Origin: Schlesneria sp.
GTDB taxonomy: Bacteria; Planctomycetota; Planctomycetia; Planctomycetales; Planctomycetaceae
Length of the DNA: 64,000 bases
Assembly (NCBI GenBank): GCA_031412755.1
Contig: JANODP010000191.1
Span: 2,454 to 66,453, forward strand
Reading direction: 5' to 3'
Of this stretch, positions 17,493-27,268 are shown piece by piece. The position numbers were made by a program, and so were the translations under genes. Each line of letters begins with the position of its first letter. The first letter of the stretch is position 1. A model generated the notes under the pieces. That model saw only the letters and a list, made by a program, of their open reading frames with translations. It did no database searches and was not told the origin of the DNA.

Positions 17493-18032
17493 TTAGAAGA
17501 GGTGACCCGATGGCGGCGGCGGTTCCACGGGAATTGTCGGAGTCACGGGAGCAGCTGGTTGCTTGCTCTTTCGTCCGCGTGACTTCGCGGGAGCAGGCTG
17601 TTCGGGTTCTGTCGAACGAGGTGTGCGGATCGCGTGGAGCACTTCGCGGTGAGCATGGTCGATCACGTCCACGAGCGCATTGAGCTGCTCTTGTGCGAGT
17701 TCGCCAAGCGGCTCGGCGAGGCGTTGCACGATCTCCTCGACGACGACCGCACGCACTTGGTCATCGGACAGAGTCTCCGCCGTGGGATCACGGACAGGCC
17801 ACCGGACCAGCGACAATTCGAGCGTTCCCCTGCCACCCTCCCCAGCCGAGACTCGCGGCATGCGATGGACGAGTACCGTGATCGGTTGATGGGGAACACC
17901 GTTCCGGGTCAGCCAGGACAAGTCCTCTCGGAGTCGGTCAACGATGTCCGTGAGGACACGGACATTCTGTGCCAATTCGTCCACGGCGGTTTGCAGACGA
18001 TCCGCGTCCGTCTCGTCCGGTCGTCCGCTCAT
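17493..18032 (-). CDS. Hypothetical coiled-coil protein
   Basis: Helical, high-GC codon pattern; start re-assigned to ATG 18032. Confidence 0.6.
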   Translation of the reverse strand: MSGRPDETDADRLQTAVDELAQNVRVLTDIVDRLREDLSWLTRNGVPHQPITVLVHRMPRVSAGEGGRGTLELSLVRWPVRDPTAETLSDDQVRAVVVEEIVQRLAEPLGELAQEQLNALVDVIDHAHREVLHAIRTPRSTEPEQPAPAKSRGRKSKQPAAPVTPTIPVEPPPPSGHLF

Positions 18033-18216
18033 TGGCGCCGTTGGCGAGGATCCCACTCGCGTCATGTCACGGCCAGTATAGCGCAACCCGGCCGGGCTTG
18101 GATTCGATTCTGATCGCCAGACCACTGGGCTCTTTTGCTTCCCAAGGATCGAGCGGCACGCTCCCGTCGCTCCAAATCCTCTTCGCCCGCGCCGGGACAT
18201 GTGCTATCATCAGAGC

Positions 18217-18480
18217 ATGGAAACCGTCGTCCGCAATGTTCGGGATCTCCCCAAGAACGATCGCTCCGCCCTGGAGCGGGTCGTCGGGCACCAGTTGCGC
18301 GAGAGTCAACAGCTCGTGATTCAGGTCATGAGCGTGTCCCTCGAAGAGCCCGCGCAGGCACCGCTCGCGTCGGGCGAACTTCCCGCGTGGTGCAATGTCT
18401 ACCAGGGGCTCTCCGACCCCGAGATCGATGAGCTCGACAGTGCCATCGTCCGGTCGGATTTGAGCCGGGATTTCTCCTAG
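18217..18480 (+). CDS. Putative antitoxin (VapB-like)
   Basis: 87-aa acidic ORF ending 3 nt before a PIN-domain gene. Confidence 0.7.
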   Translation: METVVRNVRDLPKNDRSALERVVGHQLRESQQLVIQVMSVSLEEPAQAPLASGELPAWCNVYQGLSDPEIDELDSAIVRSDLSRDFS

Positions 18481-18483
18481 CCC

Positions 18484-18894
18484 ATGGCCGCCATTCTGCT
18501 CGACACCGATATCCTGTCCGAGGTTTTCAAGCAGCGTGACGCGACCGTCAAACAGCACGCAGCCGCGTATCTGCAGCAGCACGGCCAGTTCACCTTTTCC
18601 GAATTCAGTCGGTTCGAAGTGCGGCGGGGCTACTTGAGCAAACAGGCCACGAAACAACTGGCACTGTTTGACGTATTCTGCGGCCATTGCCAATTGCTGC
18701 CCGCGACCGAGGCCATTTTTGACCGTGCAGCCCAGGTGTGGGCATACGCCCGGCAGCATGGTCATCCCTGCGGCGATGCGGACGTACTCATCGCTGCCAC
18801 GGCGTTGGAACATGGCCTTGTGTTGGCGACCGGAAACCTCCGCCACTTTGCCTGGGTGCCGGGGCTCATCACCGCGGATTGGCGGCAACCGTAG
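18484..18894 (+). CDS. vapC: PIN-domain toxin
   Basis: ILLDTDILSE, FEVRRG, DADVLIAATAL, LATGNLRHF. Confidence 0.9.
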   Translation: MAAILLDTDILSEVFKQRDATVKQHAAAYLQQHGQFTFSEFSRFEVRRGYLSKQATKQLALFDVFCGHCQLLPATEAIFDRAAQVWAYARQHGHPCGDADVLIAATALEHGLVLATGNLRHFAWVPGLITADWRQP

Positions 18895-21115
18895 TCTGTG
18901 ATCCCGTTGGCAACCGATCCGCAGCGAACCTCCGCCGCGCGATGCGACGGATAATCTCGGCCCGCTCCGGATCAAAGGACTCACTAGGCGGCAGGGTCCG
19001 CAGGGAGAACGGGGCCGTGGGCATGCCGTCTACGAGCAGACGCGCATAGGCCGTGTATTTGGGAAGTCCCGCGAGATGCTCCGGCGTCACCTGCCCGGCA
19101 AACTTTCCGAGTTGGCGCGCCAATATGTCAGCATCATCGCTGCCCACCTGGAAGGCGACGACGGAACCGACGTTGCCCCACACCGCCTCGGCCGTGGTGT
19201 CGGTGAACTGTGCGAGGTACTGGTGAGCAACAGTCAGGCTCAAGCGGAATTTGCGAGCTTCTGACAATACCGAAGCGAAACTGTCCGTCGTGAAGTTCTG
19301 AAACTCGTCGACGTACAAGAAAAAGTCACGGCGCTCGCTTTCCGGAATGTCAGCACGGGTCATTGCGGCTTGCTGAATGCTCGTCACCAAGAGCGCGCCG
19401 AGCAGTGTGCTGTTGTCTTCCCCCAAGCGGCCTTTGCTCAGATTGACGAGGAGCACCTTTCCGTCGTCCATGATCTGCCGCAGATCAAGCGACGGGCCGG
19501 ACTGCGTCACGATCGCCCGAATGTTCGTATTCACGATGAAGGGCCGCAGCTTGTTTTGGATGGCAGCGACCGCTTCGGTTCGATAGTTGTCATTCCAACT
19601 CGCGAATTCGTGCATCCAGAACGAACGCACCACCTCATCGCGAATGAGAGGCACCGTCCGTTCGCGGAATGCCTTTTCGCCGAGCAGACGCATGACGGAC
19701 AGCAGGTTCCCGCGCTGCTCGACCATCGCGAAGACGGCGTTGCGGAGTGTGTCTTCCAGCCGCGGTCCCCACGAGTCGTTCAACTTCTTGAAGGCGCTGA
19801 CAACTCCCGACGTCACCTGATCGATCCGTGCCGGATCGCGGCAGGCGAGCGGATTGAAACTCACAGCACAGTCGCGACTGGCGGCATCAAACAGAATCAC
19901 GTCATTTGTTCGGTGCTTCGGCACCAGCCCGGCCACTGCATCGGCCAAGTCGCCGTGCGGATCCACGAGGCACACTCCCCGATCTGCGGCGAGGTCGGCC
20001 GCCAGCATGTTTTGCAGGAGGGTGCTCTTACCCATGCCGGTCTTGCCGATGACGTACAGGTGTCTCCTTCGGTCGTCGAGCGAGAGACCGACCACTCGCC
20101 GGTCGTCGCGGAACGCCACGTGTCCGAGCGGGACCGTCCTTTCTCTTTCCGAGTGGAGTACCGCCGGAGCTTCCAGTTCCGTGAAGTCGCTCGACTTCCA
20201 ACGTTCGGCGGCGCTGGTGGAGGTCGGTGGATGCCAGAGGGTCGCGAGTTCTTCGTGCGACAGCAGGAAGGACGACTGCCGGTGCTCGTTCGGACGACCG
20301 GCCCGAAACGTGGCCAGCCGCGAACGGGTAAAGGCCCCAAACGCCCCGGCCATCCTTCGGAGTCGTTCGATGGCGGCAGATCGTTGGTCGCGCGGGCCGC
20401 GCACGAACAGTCGAATGCGCGCCTCGAACAGATGCCCGCCGATCTTGTCGGCGGCGGCCTGCAGATCCTCTTCGCGTTCGTGCAGGCGGCTAGTCGATGT
20501 CTCCAGAAGACTGTGATGCGGGAGCGGGGTTCCGGCGGCCAGCAGTCCCAACAGCCAAGCGACGGGCCATTGCCCGCCGCGCAGGATGTGTTGTGCGTAA
20601 TAGCGGCCGAGCCGGTGATGGCGACGGAAAAACTCGCGGTTGAGCCGCTGCACCGCCTTGAGGGCGGCGTGACACCGCCGATGCGACGCGGGCGTGCAGT
20701 GGATCTCCACGCCACAGTCAAACACACAGTCGGGTTTGATGGAACGCAAAAGACTGCTCACTGGATCGGCGAAGGTCCGGTTCAACGCGTCCTCGAATTG
20801 AGCATGACGCAGAATGGGAAGCAGTTCCGGCACGAGAGTCAGATCTACCGACAAAGTCTGTGATACCGCGTGCACCGCATCGTCGGGTACATCCGTGAAC
20901 GAGCACTGCGGGTAATTGGCAATGATCGGGCCGAGCACGATTTCGCGGAGTGCATTCGGACACCGCAGGAGCAGCCCAATGTGCTCCCCCACCGCGCCGT
21001 ACACCAGCGTGAGCGAGCGGCGGTGCAGTCCCGACTGATGAATCGACGCGAGTGCCTTCTCCATGTAGCGAGGACCGCGTTCATTGTTGGCCGGTGCCGC
21101 GATGAGAGTGAGCAC
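18869..21115 (-). CDS. VirD4/TraG-like P-loop ATPase 2 (DUF87/TraD-type)
   Basis: Walker A GKTGMGKST, DPHGDLA, WGPRLE, Walker B LYVDEFQNF, SEARKFRLSLTVAHQYLAQ; start re-assigned to GTG 21115. Confidence 0.9.
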   Translation of the reverse strand: MLTLIAAPANNERGPRYMEKALASIHQSGLHRRSLTLVYGAVGEHIGLLLRCPNALREIVLGPIIANYPQCSFTDVPDDAVHAVSQTLSVDLTLVPELLPILRHAQFEDALNRTFADPVSSLLRSIKPDCVFDCGVEIHCTPASHRRCHAALKAVQRLNREFFRRHHRLGRYYAQHILRGGQWPVAWLLGLLAAGTPLPHHSLLETSTSRLHEREEDLQAAADKIGGHLFEARIRLFVRGPRDQRSAAIERLRRMAGAFGAFTRSRLATFRAGRPNEHRQSSFLLSHEELATLWHPPTSTSAAERWKSSDFTELEAPAVLHSERERTVPLGHVAFRDDRRVVGLSLDDRRRHLYVIGKTGMGKSTLLQNMLAADLAADRGVCLVDPHGDLADAVAGLVPKHRTNDVILFDAASRDCAVSFNPLACRDPARIDQVTSGVVSAFKKLNDSWGPRLEDTLRNAVFAMVEQRGNLLSVMRLLGEKAFRERTVPLIRDEVVRSFWMHEFASWNDNYRTEAVAAIQNKLRPFIVNTNIRAIVTQSGPSLDLRQIMDDGKVLLVNLSKGRLGEDNSTLLGALLVTSIQQAAMTRADIPESERRDFFLYVDEFQNFTTDSFASVLSEARKFRLSLTVAHQYLAQFTDTTAEAVWGNVGSVVAFQVGSDDADILARQLGKFAGQVTPEHLAGLPKYTAYARLLVDGMPTAPFSLRTLPPSESFDPERAEIIRRIARRRFAADRLPTGSQTTVAANPR

Positions 21116-21365
21116 GCGGCCAGCGTACAGCCTTCCCCGGACGCTTCGAATACTCAGCCGGAGTGAATTGATGGCTGATCTCTCTTCCGACGCTGGACTC
21201 CCCAAAACCGCCCCGTTCGATGTGCGTCGATCTCGCGAGGCGGTGCCGACTCGCTTCAGGTCCGAAGACTCTCTTCCTTGTTCCGTAGGGGCGGAAGAAG
21301 GGGCACGGCGTGATACCCGCACCGAGCACTGCGGAGGAACGAAGCAGCGGTTCGGAGCCTATCAA
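21081..21365 (-). CDS. Possible small hypothetical protein
   Basis: 94-aa ORF filling the gap between relaxase 2 and ATPase 2, TTG start overlapping the relaxase stop; no recognised motif. Confidence 0.3.
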   Translation of the reverse strand: MIGSEPLLRSSAVLGAGITPCPFFRPYGTRKRVFGPEASRHRLARSTHIERGGFGESSVGREISHQFTPAEYSKRPGKAVRWPRAHSHRGTGQQ

Positions 21366-22267
21366 ACGATGCCGGTTGGCGCGAGCGGTGGCGTCAGCCG
21401 GATTGGTTCACGCACAAACTGCGACGTCGGATGATGATTGACCAGACTCTGCCAGCCGCCATGGTGATCGTTAAGGATGGGCGATGTGACCGCGAGCGGT
21501 TCCGCGAGGAAGATGTCCTGCGTCGTCGCATAGCACAGCCGCCGATCCGGATTGCGGGCGCAACTGCGGGCCAACCAGAGAATGTGTTGGGCGCGTTGTG
21601 GCCCCTTCGTGAGAATCACCACGCGGAAGACCGGGCGTTGGCCGATGCGGCCGTGCTCCTGCCAACTGCGGAGCACCCAATCCTGGTACGTCTCATAGCC
21701 GAGCAGCTTGGTGCGGATGCTCTGTTCGCGCGGGGAATCCAACGGCTCTGTCGCATTGTCGATTTCGAACAGGACGTTGATCGACTTGCCACCGCTCTCG
21801 AACTGGAAGTGGCAATCCGGTTGTTGCCGGTATTCCCCTACCGCCAACATCAGCTTCCCATCTCCGTGAAACTTGGCCACGCGAATGCGCGCGGCGTGCG
21901 CACTCACGAGGGTATGGATGATGACCTCGGCAGTCGCCAACGTGTGTTGAAATCGCGACGGCGCGATTTCGGAAACCAATGTACGTGCCGGAGCGTTATC
22001 TTGGTCGGCATACAGGGCGCGGAAACCGGCGAAGGTCAGCCGGTAGTAGTGCATGAGTCCACCGCCTGCGATGCCCGCCGGCCAGCTCTTCACGAATCCC
22101 GCGTCGCCGAGCACCTGCATCCGTTCGCGCACGCGGCGTTCATCGCGGAACGGGTCATCGCCGAGGGTGACGCTGGCCTTCCGGATCTGTGCCGCAGTGA
22201 GCGGCGTCATTTCGAGAAGCGCGAGGAGCGCCGTATCGCGCTTGCTGAGGATCACAACTTGGGACAT
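21362..22267 (-). CDS. Replication-relaxation (Replic_Relax-like) protein 2
   Basis: wHTH (RRVRERMQVL..AGFV…YYRLT), FQHTLATAEV, QPDCHF…LFEIDNATE. Confidence 0.8.
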   Translation of the reverse strand: MSQVVILSKRDTALLALLEMTPLTAAQIRKASVTLGDDPFRDERRVRERMQVLGDAGFVKSWPAGIAGGGLMHYYRLTFAGFRALYADQDNAPARTLVSEIAPSRFQHTLATAEVIIHTLVSAHAARIRVAKFHGDGKLMLAVGEYRQQPDCHFQFESGGKSINVLFEIDNATEPLDSPREQSIRTKLLGYETYQDWVLRSWQEHGRIGQRPVFRVVILTKGPQRAQHILWLARSCARNPDRRLCYATTQDIFLAEPLAVTSPILNDHHGGWQSLVNHHPTSQFVREPIRLTPPLAPTGIV

Positions 22268-22315
22268 GCTCGGAGTGCTACGCTACCAGTCGTGGCGACA
22301 CTTCCCACTTGCCCG

Positions 22316-23512
22316 ATGAACCAACCTGGTGGATACATCGACGTTGACCGGCTTCAATCCGAGACCACACTGGAAGAGGCGGCGACCAAATGCGGCATTC
22401 CACTCGAGGTGAAAGGCTCCGGACCCGAGGTCCGCATCGATTGCCCCTTCGCGTGCGCTGGCGATCACTGCGGCCGGAAGGAGATCGCAATCAATACCGA
22501 CAATCCTCAGAAGATTTTCCAGTGTCATGCCTACGAATGCGGCTTCCGTGGGAATCTTCTGACGCTGATGCACGGGTTTCTCACCGGTGGCAAACCCTCG
22601 GGCGGCAAACTCAAGGGCGACGAGTTCCAACGCGTCAAACGAGTACTCGCCGGAACGGGCGAGCCAATTGCGGGCCGTCCGGCCTCCCGGCAGTCGCTGG
22701 CCACGAGCGAAGCCGCGACTCCCCCACTCCACGTCAACAAGCCGCTGATCGAAGCCTCGGAAGAGCGGGTCCGCGAACTCCACAACATCGACGAGAAACT
22801 CGTCCGCGACGTCGCGAAGATGAATCCGGCCGCGGCGACGTACGTCCGCCTTCACCCCTGTCTTTCTTCCGAGTCGATGACCAAATGGCGCTGCGGCTAC
22901 CTCGCGCATGACGGTGGCGGGGACAAACGCGGTTGGTCACTGCGCGGCAGCATCCTGTATCCCGTGCTCTCGGAGCACGGCAAGGTACTCGCTTGGGTCG
23001 GGCGTGACGTTCAATACGAACAGAAGGAACGAGAGTTTCTGCAACTTTCCTCGGTGGAACGATCGGGGAAAGATCCACCGGCGAAACACCGATTCCCCAA
23101 AGGCTTCCATCGTGGCGTCGAACTCTTCGGTCAGCACGCGAGCCGCCTGCAGGAATCCGGCTACCGCGAGTTCATCGCGAGCCACGGTCTCATCGTCGTG
23201 GAGGGCTTCAATGACGTGATCGGCCTCGACAATCTGGGAGTCCCCGCCCTCGGCATCATGTCGAACCGAATGACCGAAGAGCAGGGGGAGAAGATCGCAC
23301 GGTTTGCGAGGCAACTCGGCATCAACCGCGTGAATCTGATGTTCGACTGCGAAGCGAGTGGAGTTGCCGGTGCGAAAGAGGCACTCTGGTTCTTCGCCGA
23401 ACGGCGGTTGGACGTCCGCCTCGTGTGGTCACCGTGGATGCATGCAGGGGTGTTTCAGGACAAACAGCCTGAATCGATGACACGGGCTGATTTGGAAGTG
23501 CTAATCCAATAA
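22316..23512 (+). CDS. DnaG-type primase (Zn finger + TOPRIM)
   Basis: CPFAC…HC…FQCHAYECG Zn-binding region; IVVEGFNDVIGL and MFDCE TOPRIM motifs; start re-assigned to ATG 22316. Confidence 0.85.
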   Translation: MNQPGGYIDVDRLQSETTLEEAATKCGIPLEVKGSGPEVRIDCPFACAGDHCGRKEIAINTDNPQKIFQCHAYECGFRGNLLTLMHGFLTGGKPSGGKLKGDEFQRVKRVLAGTGEPIAGRPASRQSLATSEAATPPLHVNKPLIEASEERVRELHNIDEKLVRDVAKMNPAAATYVRLHPCLSSESMTKWRCGYLAHDGGGDKRGWSLRGSILYPVLSEHGKVLAWVGRDVQYEQKEREFLQLSSVERSGKDPPAKHRFPKGFHRGVELFGQHASRLQESGYREFIASHGLIVVEGFNDVIGLDNLGVPALGIMSNRMTEEQGEKIARFARQLGINRVNLMFDCEASGVAGAKEALWFFAERRLDVRLVWSPWMHAGVFQDKQPESMTRADLEVLIQ

Positions 23513-23643
23513 GTTTCGCCACGGAATGTGTGTTTCGAGGCACACGTCACATTCCGATTCAGGGTCGTGGCGGCTGGATTTGAGCTCCGTAATCTCCTGC
23601 ATGAAAATACGACTCTCCGTTTTACATTCGCCACATGGGTTCT

Positions 23644-25554
23644 TCAGCCGGCCCAAACTTTCTTGAACTCTATTCGATGGACACCCGTCAGTCTGTCGAA
23701 GGCACTTCCTGCAGCAATGACTTGAAGATCCCCGTAGCCTTCACTGGCACAGAGGCCAATGAATGGCACCATTACGAAATTCTCATGGTCCGCCACTTTC
23801 TTGCCCTCGATTTCGGCCGGAAAATCGAGGATCAGAAGACCCGGTACTCTGCTTGCGTGGTCAATCGATAATTTCAATAGCGCATAGTGATAAGAGAGAA
23901 GGAAGTAGATCACCATCGTTCCGCCAAGCTGACTGGTCCATCGCTGGCGTCCCACTCGGACAGTGAATCCGTCCTTTTTCAGGTTGAACTGAATGTCCTT
24001 CTGGGACCACATCCTGTCTTTGTCGAACTTCAGTAGGGAGACATACTCATTCATGAAATCCGACAATGTGTCACTGGCGGTCTCAAAATCAATGCTTAGT
24101 GTTTGCTTGGCTACATCTGTCAGCAGAGTTTCAACCTGAGCCTGGATCTTCATAATCTCGGCAGCGATCTTTTCTCGACGTGACAGGCTTTCCCGAATGC
24201 GACGGAGTTGGTCAGTGCGTTCCACGCGCCGACCAATCTCGTTGTCGAGTTCTGCGACTTGTGGAGGTATTATTGCTGCCGTTGCGACCCGTACCGGTTT
24301 CAGTAATTCTGTCAGCCGCGCGCTTCGATTCCTGAGGTCTTGTATGTTCTGTTCTCGGCTGCGTTTCTTACCAGTCAACGACTCAAGCAGTTCCGTGTTT
24401 TCCTTTCTCTCTCCCTTTAGTTGGTCAAGCTCAAACTCAAGGCGCTTAAGCGGCTCTTTCGTTGCGGCAATCGCTGTCGTTGTGTCCTGACCACAAAGAT
24501 AACACTCTGCGCCAGCCACCAAGGGTTTCTTGACCTCTTGATCGCATGCCGGACAGTGGGTCACCTTCAGATTCGCGAGAACATCTCCCGCCTTCTGGGC
24601 GCGCTCTAAGCGACTGATCTCAGAATCGACTTGCTTCTGAAAAGCTCCAACGTCAGCTAGACGGGAATTCAATCGCTCAAGTTCAACGGCGATTCCCTTC
24701 TCCGCCTCTTTCAACGTCGCAAACTCCTCAGTCATCTGGCTGACGGCATCGCGGGCTGGCAAGGACTGTTGCGCCTGTCCAATCGCAGCCGTTATGAATG
24801 AAGTTCGATCGGTGTTGAGTTGGTCAATTTCGGCCTTGAGGCGATTCGTTGCGAGTGTGATAGCGGCGGGCGTCACCGCGATTCCCAATTCGTCCTCAGA
24901 AATGATCTCGCGTGACACTTCGTTCAGAGTTTCCACGAAGTGGGCACGCCGCGATTCCAAGTCCACGATTTCCTTCTGTTTGCGGACTAGCTCACCGTAC
25001 TCGTCTGAGAACAGGACTTCCGCGATCCCAAGGAATTGGAGAATGCAAGCATGCTGCTCACTCTCCGGTTGCTTGTCCGCGATGTCATTCCACAACCGCT
25101 GACGTCGGTACAAGTGACGGACAAGGCTGCGCCATCCAAGCTCGGGCCACGTTCTTGTCGAATATGGACTGCCTTGCGGATAGTGCAATGTCGGAATGTC
25201 CAGGCGTTCTAACAGTAGTTGCCTGAACTCTCCGATGTCATAAGCAGTGTCATTGACGAAGATCTTCGTCTTGAATCCCGGTTCGCGCCATCGTCGCTCT
25301 ACGACAAACGGCCTATTGTCAATCAGCAGTGAGACGGTCGCGCTGACGTACTTGTCAAAGATATCCTCACCCAGCTTTTCCTCTGGCGTCCCGTCGTCTC
25401 CGAGAATGAAGTCAATCGTCTCCAGCCATCTCGTCTTCCCGGTATTAGGTTCGCCGACAATGACGTTGACTCCTTTTTCAAACGTCAACTCTTCATGCGA
25501 ACCATTCTTGTCGGTTCGGCTCGTCGACTCCAAAAAGATGCTCTTCGTGCTCAT
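23644..25554 (-). CDS. lmuB: Lamassu/ABC-3C SMC-like ATPase
   Basis: Walker A GEPNTGKT, coiled coils with central CPAC…CYLC zinc hook, LGGT signature, LILDFP Walker B. Confidence 0.85.
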   Translation of the reverse strand: MSTKSIFLESTSRTDKNGSHEELTFEKGVNVIVGEPNTGKTRWLETIDFILGDDGTPEEKLGEDIFDKYVSATVSLLIDNRPFVVERRWREPGFKTKIFVNDTAYDIGEFRQLLLERLDIPTLHYPQGSPYSTRTWPELGWRSLVRHLYRRQRLWNDIADKQPESEQHACILQFLGIAEVLFSDEYGELVRKQKEIVDLESRRAHFVETLNEVSREIISEDELGIAVTPAAITLATNRLKAEIDQLNTDRTSFITAAIGQAQQSLPARDAVSQMTEEFATLKEAEKGIAVELERLNSRLADVGAFQKQVDSEISRLERAQKAGDVLANLKVTHCPACDQEVKKPLVAGAECYLCGQDTTTAIAATKEPLKRLEFELDQLKGERKENTELLESLTGKKRSREQNIQDLRNRSARLTELLKPVRVATAAIIPPQVAELDNEIGRRVERTDQLRRIRESLSRREKIAAEIMKIQAQVETLLTDVAKQTLSIDFETASDTLSDFMNEYVSLLKFDKDRMWSQKDIQFNLKKDGFTVRVGRQRWTSQLGGTMVIYFLLSYHYALLKLSIDHASRVPGLLILDFPAEIEGKKVADHENFVMVPFIGLCASEGYGDLQVIAAGSAFDRLTGVHRIEFKKVWAG

Positions 25555-26117
25555 CAGATGCGTTCTCCGAGCTTACGGTTGACGACTTCTGTCCCGAACA
25601 CGTCATAAATAAGATCTTTGAGTTTTGTTCCAGCTATCTTGCCAACCAGTCCTTTCACGCGGGTAATGTGTTCTGCGATGTCCGCGAATGAGGCAGACTC
25701 AGAAAAGGTTGTGGCAATCCCTTTGCCGCTGTCTGTCAAGGTAAACTGGAATGTTGACCCGTCTTTCGTGACGCTAAGCAGCCGTCTCGATTCGAGGTAT
25801 GCGAGAATATGATAGTACCGGTCATCCCACGGCCCGTAGCGAAAGCGAATCATGCTAGACTCGACTGTTCGAAGCGGCGTGCTGCTGTCCTTTCCGAGAT
25901 GCTTCGCGAGCTTCTCGTAGAATTCAGGATAGCGAACAAGGAAATCGAGTTTTGCTAACTTCGTAAGTCCATCAATACGGCTCAGCCCAGTGGATTTGGT
26001 TTTTGTCCCGCATATTGAGACAAGCAATAACAATCTGGCAGCATGTAACTCCAGAATGTCGTCGGCAAGAAGCGGCTCGCCGGCAGGCAAAGACATGAGG
26101 TTTGCAAGTGATTTCAC
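25554..26117 (-). CDS. lmuC: Lamassu/ABC-3C middle component
   Basis: KLAKLDFLVRYP, MIRFRYGPWDDRYY; GTG 26117 overlaps the upstream TGA; own stop overlaps the ATPase ATG. Confidence 0.75.
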   Translation of the reverse strand: MKSLANLMSLPAGEPLLADDILELHAARLLLLVSICGTKTKSTGLSRIDGLTKLAKLDFLVRYPEFYEKLAKHLGKDSSTPLRTVESSMIRFRYGPWDDRYYHILAYLESRRLLSVTKDGSTFQFTLTDSGKGIATTFSESASFADIAEHITRVKGLVGKIAGTKLKDLIYDVFGTEVVNRKLGERI

Positions 26118-27268
26118 GTTCTCGCCCTCACGAAGCGGTGAGTGCAGCGATCCGCGAGGTTGTACATGAAGCCGTAGAGATTCTGGATCGGTGGACGGTC
26201 GCCTTCGGGTAGCGAGTTGAATACTTCGTTGACGACACCAAGACACTTTGCGTGAAACAGCACGCCGTCATTTTCCAATAGTCCGCCGTCTAGCTCCGAT
26301 CGGAGTGAGTGGAGCCGTGCGCTGATTTCGCCTTCAATCATTCGTCGTTTTAACGGCTCTGCATATCTGGGCGTCAGGCCGTCCAGGCGGTATTGCATTC
26401 GCATCTCCGCAATAGCTTCAAACTGATCCGGCGCAATGCCCGCGTCCGTCAGCTTGCCCTCTAACGTCTTTCCCGCCGTTATCTGTCCAGGATGTACGGC
26501 GTTAGTCACCGCCTGTGCGAACCACTCCAGCAAGTCATTACGAAGAAGCTTTTTCTTACCTGCGTCCACATCCCATTTGGCGAGGCCGCCGTCGAATACT
26601 TTCGTCAGCAGTCGCTGATAGAGTTCAGCGACATGATCGGTTGCGAGGTATTGCCCTCGATCCTCGACCAGTTTTGCAAGTCGCAAGAGGTTGTTGGCGC
26701 GAATCGAGTCGAGAGAATGAACGCACAGCCAAAAGGTTCGATCCAACCAGAATTCGCATCCGTTCCCGTTCGCCGATTTGGCGTGGCTAAGTTTCTTGGT
26801 AACCTCAGCGAGAAGTGTGATGTAGTCATCAGTCGTCTTGGACCGATCCGGTGAGTCGAGTGCTAGTGTTAGCAGTTTCAGTTCTTTCATGACCGGCCGG
26901 CATGTCACGATCCGAAACCGAACAGGTTCATCGCATTGGTCGAATTGCAGCGACTTTTCGAGGATACATTTCTTCGGTTTCCCATCAGCGCCTTTTTCGC
27001 CTGTGACGAGCGTTGCAATTGACCAAAGCTGTTCCAACTCATTGCTTTTCACCTGCACGAATTCAACTTCTTCCGTTCCGCTCGCGATCCAAATGAGAGT
27101 GACGTCGTCTTGGCTCTCACACCAAACTTGGCTCAGCGTGGCGTCCTCAAGCATGTCGAGGCAGTGGCTGGCTGCGACATGATCTTGGACGGCGAAGCCG
27201 TGCCGTGCGTCAGTGCCGCCGGTCTCTAATGGTTTCAGCCGATGTATCGAGCGCGACGCGGTACTCAA
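26114..27268 (-). CDS. lmuA: Lamassu effector with Cap4-like PD-(D/E)xK nuclease domain
   Basis: GGTDARHGFAVQDHVA…CESQDDV…FVQVKS; TTG 27268 with GGAG upstream. Confidence 0.8.
   Translation of the reverse strand: MSTASRSIHRLKPLETGGTDARHGFAVQDHVAASHCLDMLEDATLSQVWCESQDDVTLIWIASGTEEVEFVQVKSNELEQLWSIATLVTGEKGADGKPKKCILEKSLQFDQCDEPVRFRIVTCRPVMKELKLLTLALDSPDRSKTTDDYITLLAEVTKKLSHAKSANGNGCEFWLDRTFWLCVHSLDSIRANNLLRLAKLVEDRGQYLATDHVAELYQRLLTKVFDGGLAKWDVDAGKKKLLRNDLLEWFAQAVTNAVHPGQITAGKTLEGKLTDAGIAPDQFEAIAEMRMQYRLDGLTPRYAEPLKRRMIEGEISARLHSLRSELDGGLLENDGVLFHAKCLGVVNEVFNSLPEGDRPPIQNLYGFMYNLADRCTHRFVRART

Noticed and set aside
19370-20863. 497-aa plus-strand ORF and similar long overlapping ORFs (e.g. 60517-61842, 57339-58421, 54717-55550)
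   Set aside because: In-frame antisense shadows of well-supported high-GC genes; no motifs
21431-22315. N-terminal 295 aa of the 693-aa primase ORF
   Set aside because: Lies antisense to relaxase 2; primase-like sequence begins only at ATG 22316
3431-23512. Prophage interpretation of the island (integrase, xis, primase, methylases)
   Set aside because: No terminase, portal, capsid, tail or lysis genes recognised; relaxase and coupling ATPases point to an ICE/IME
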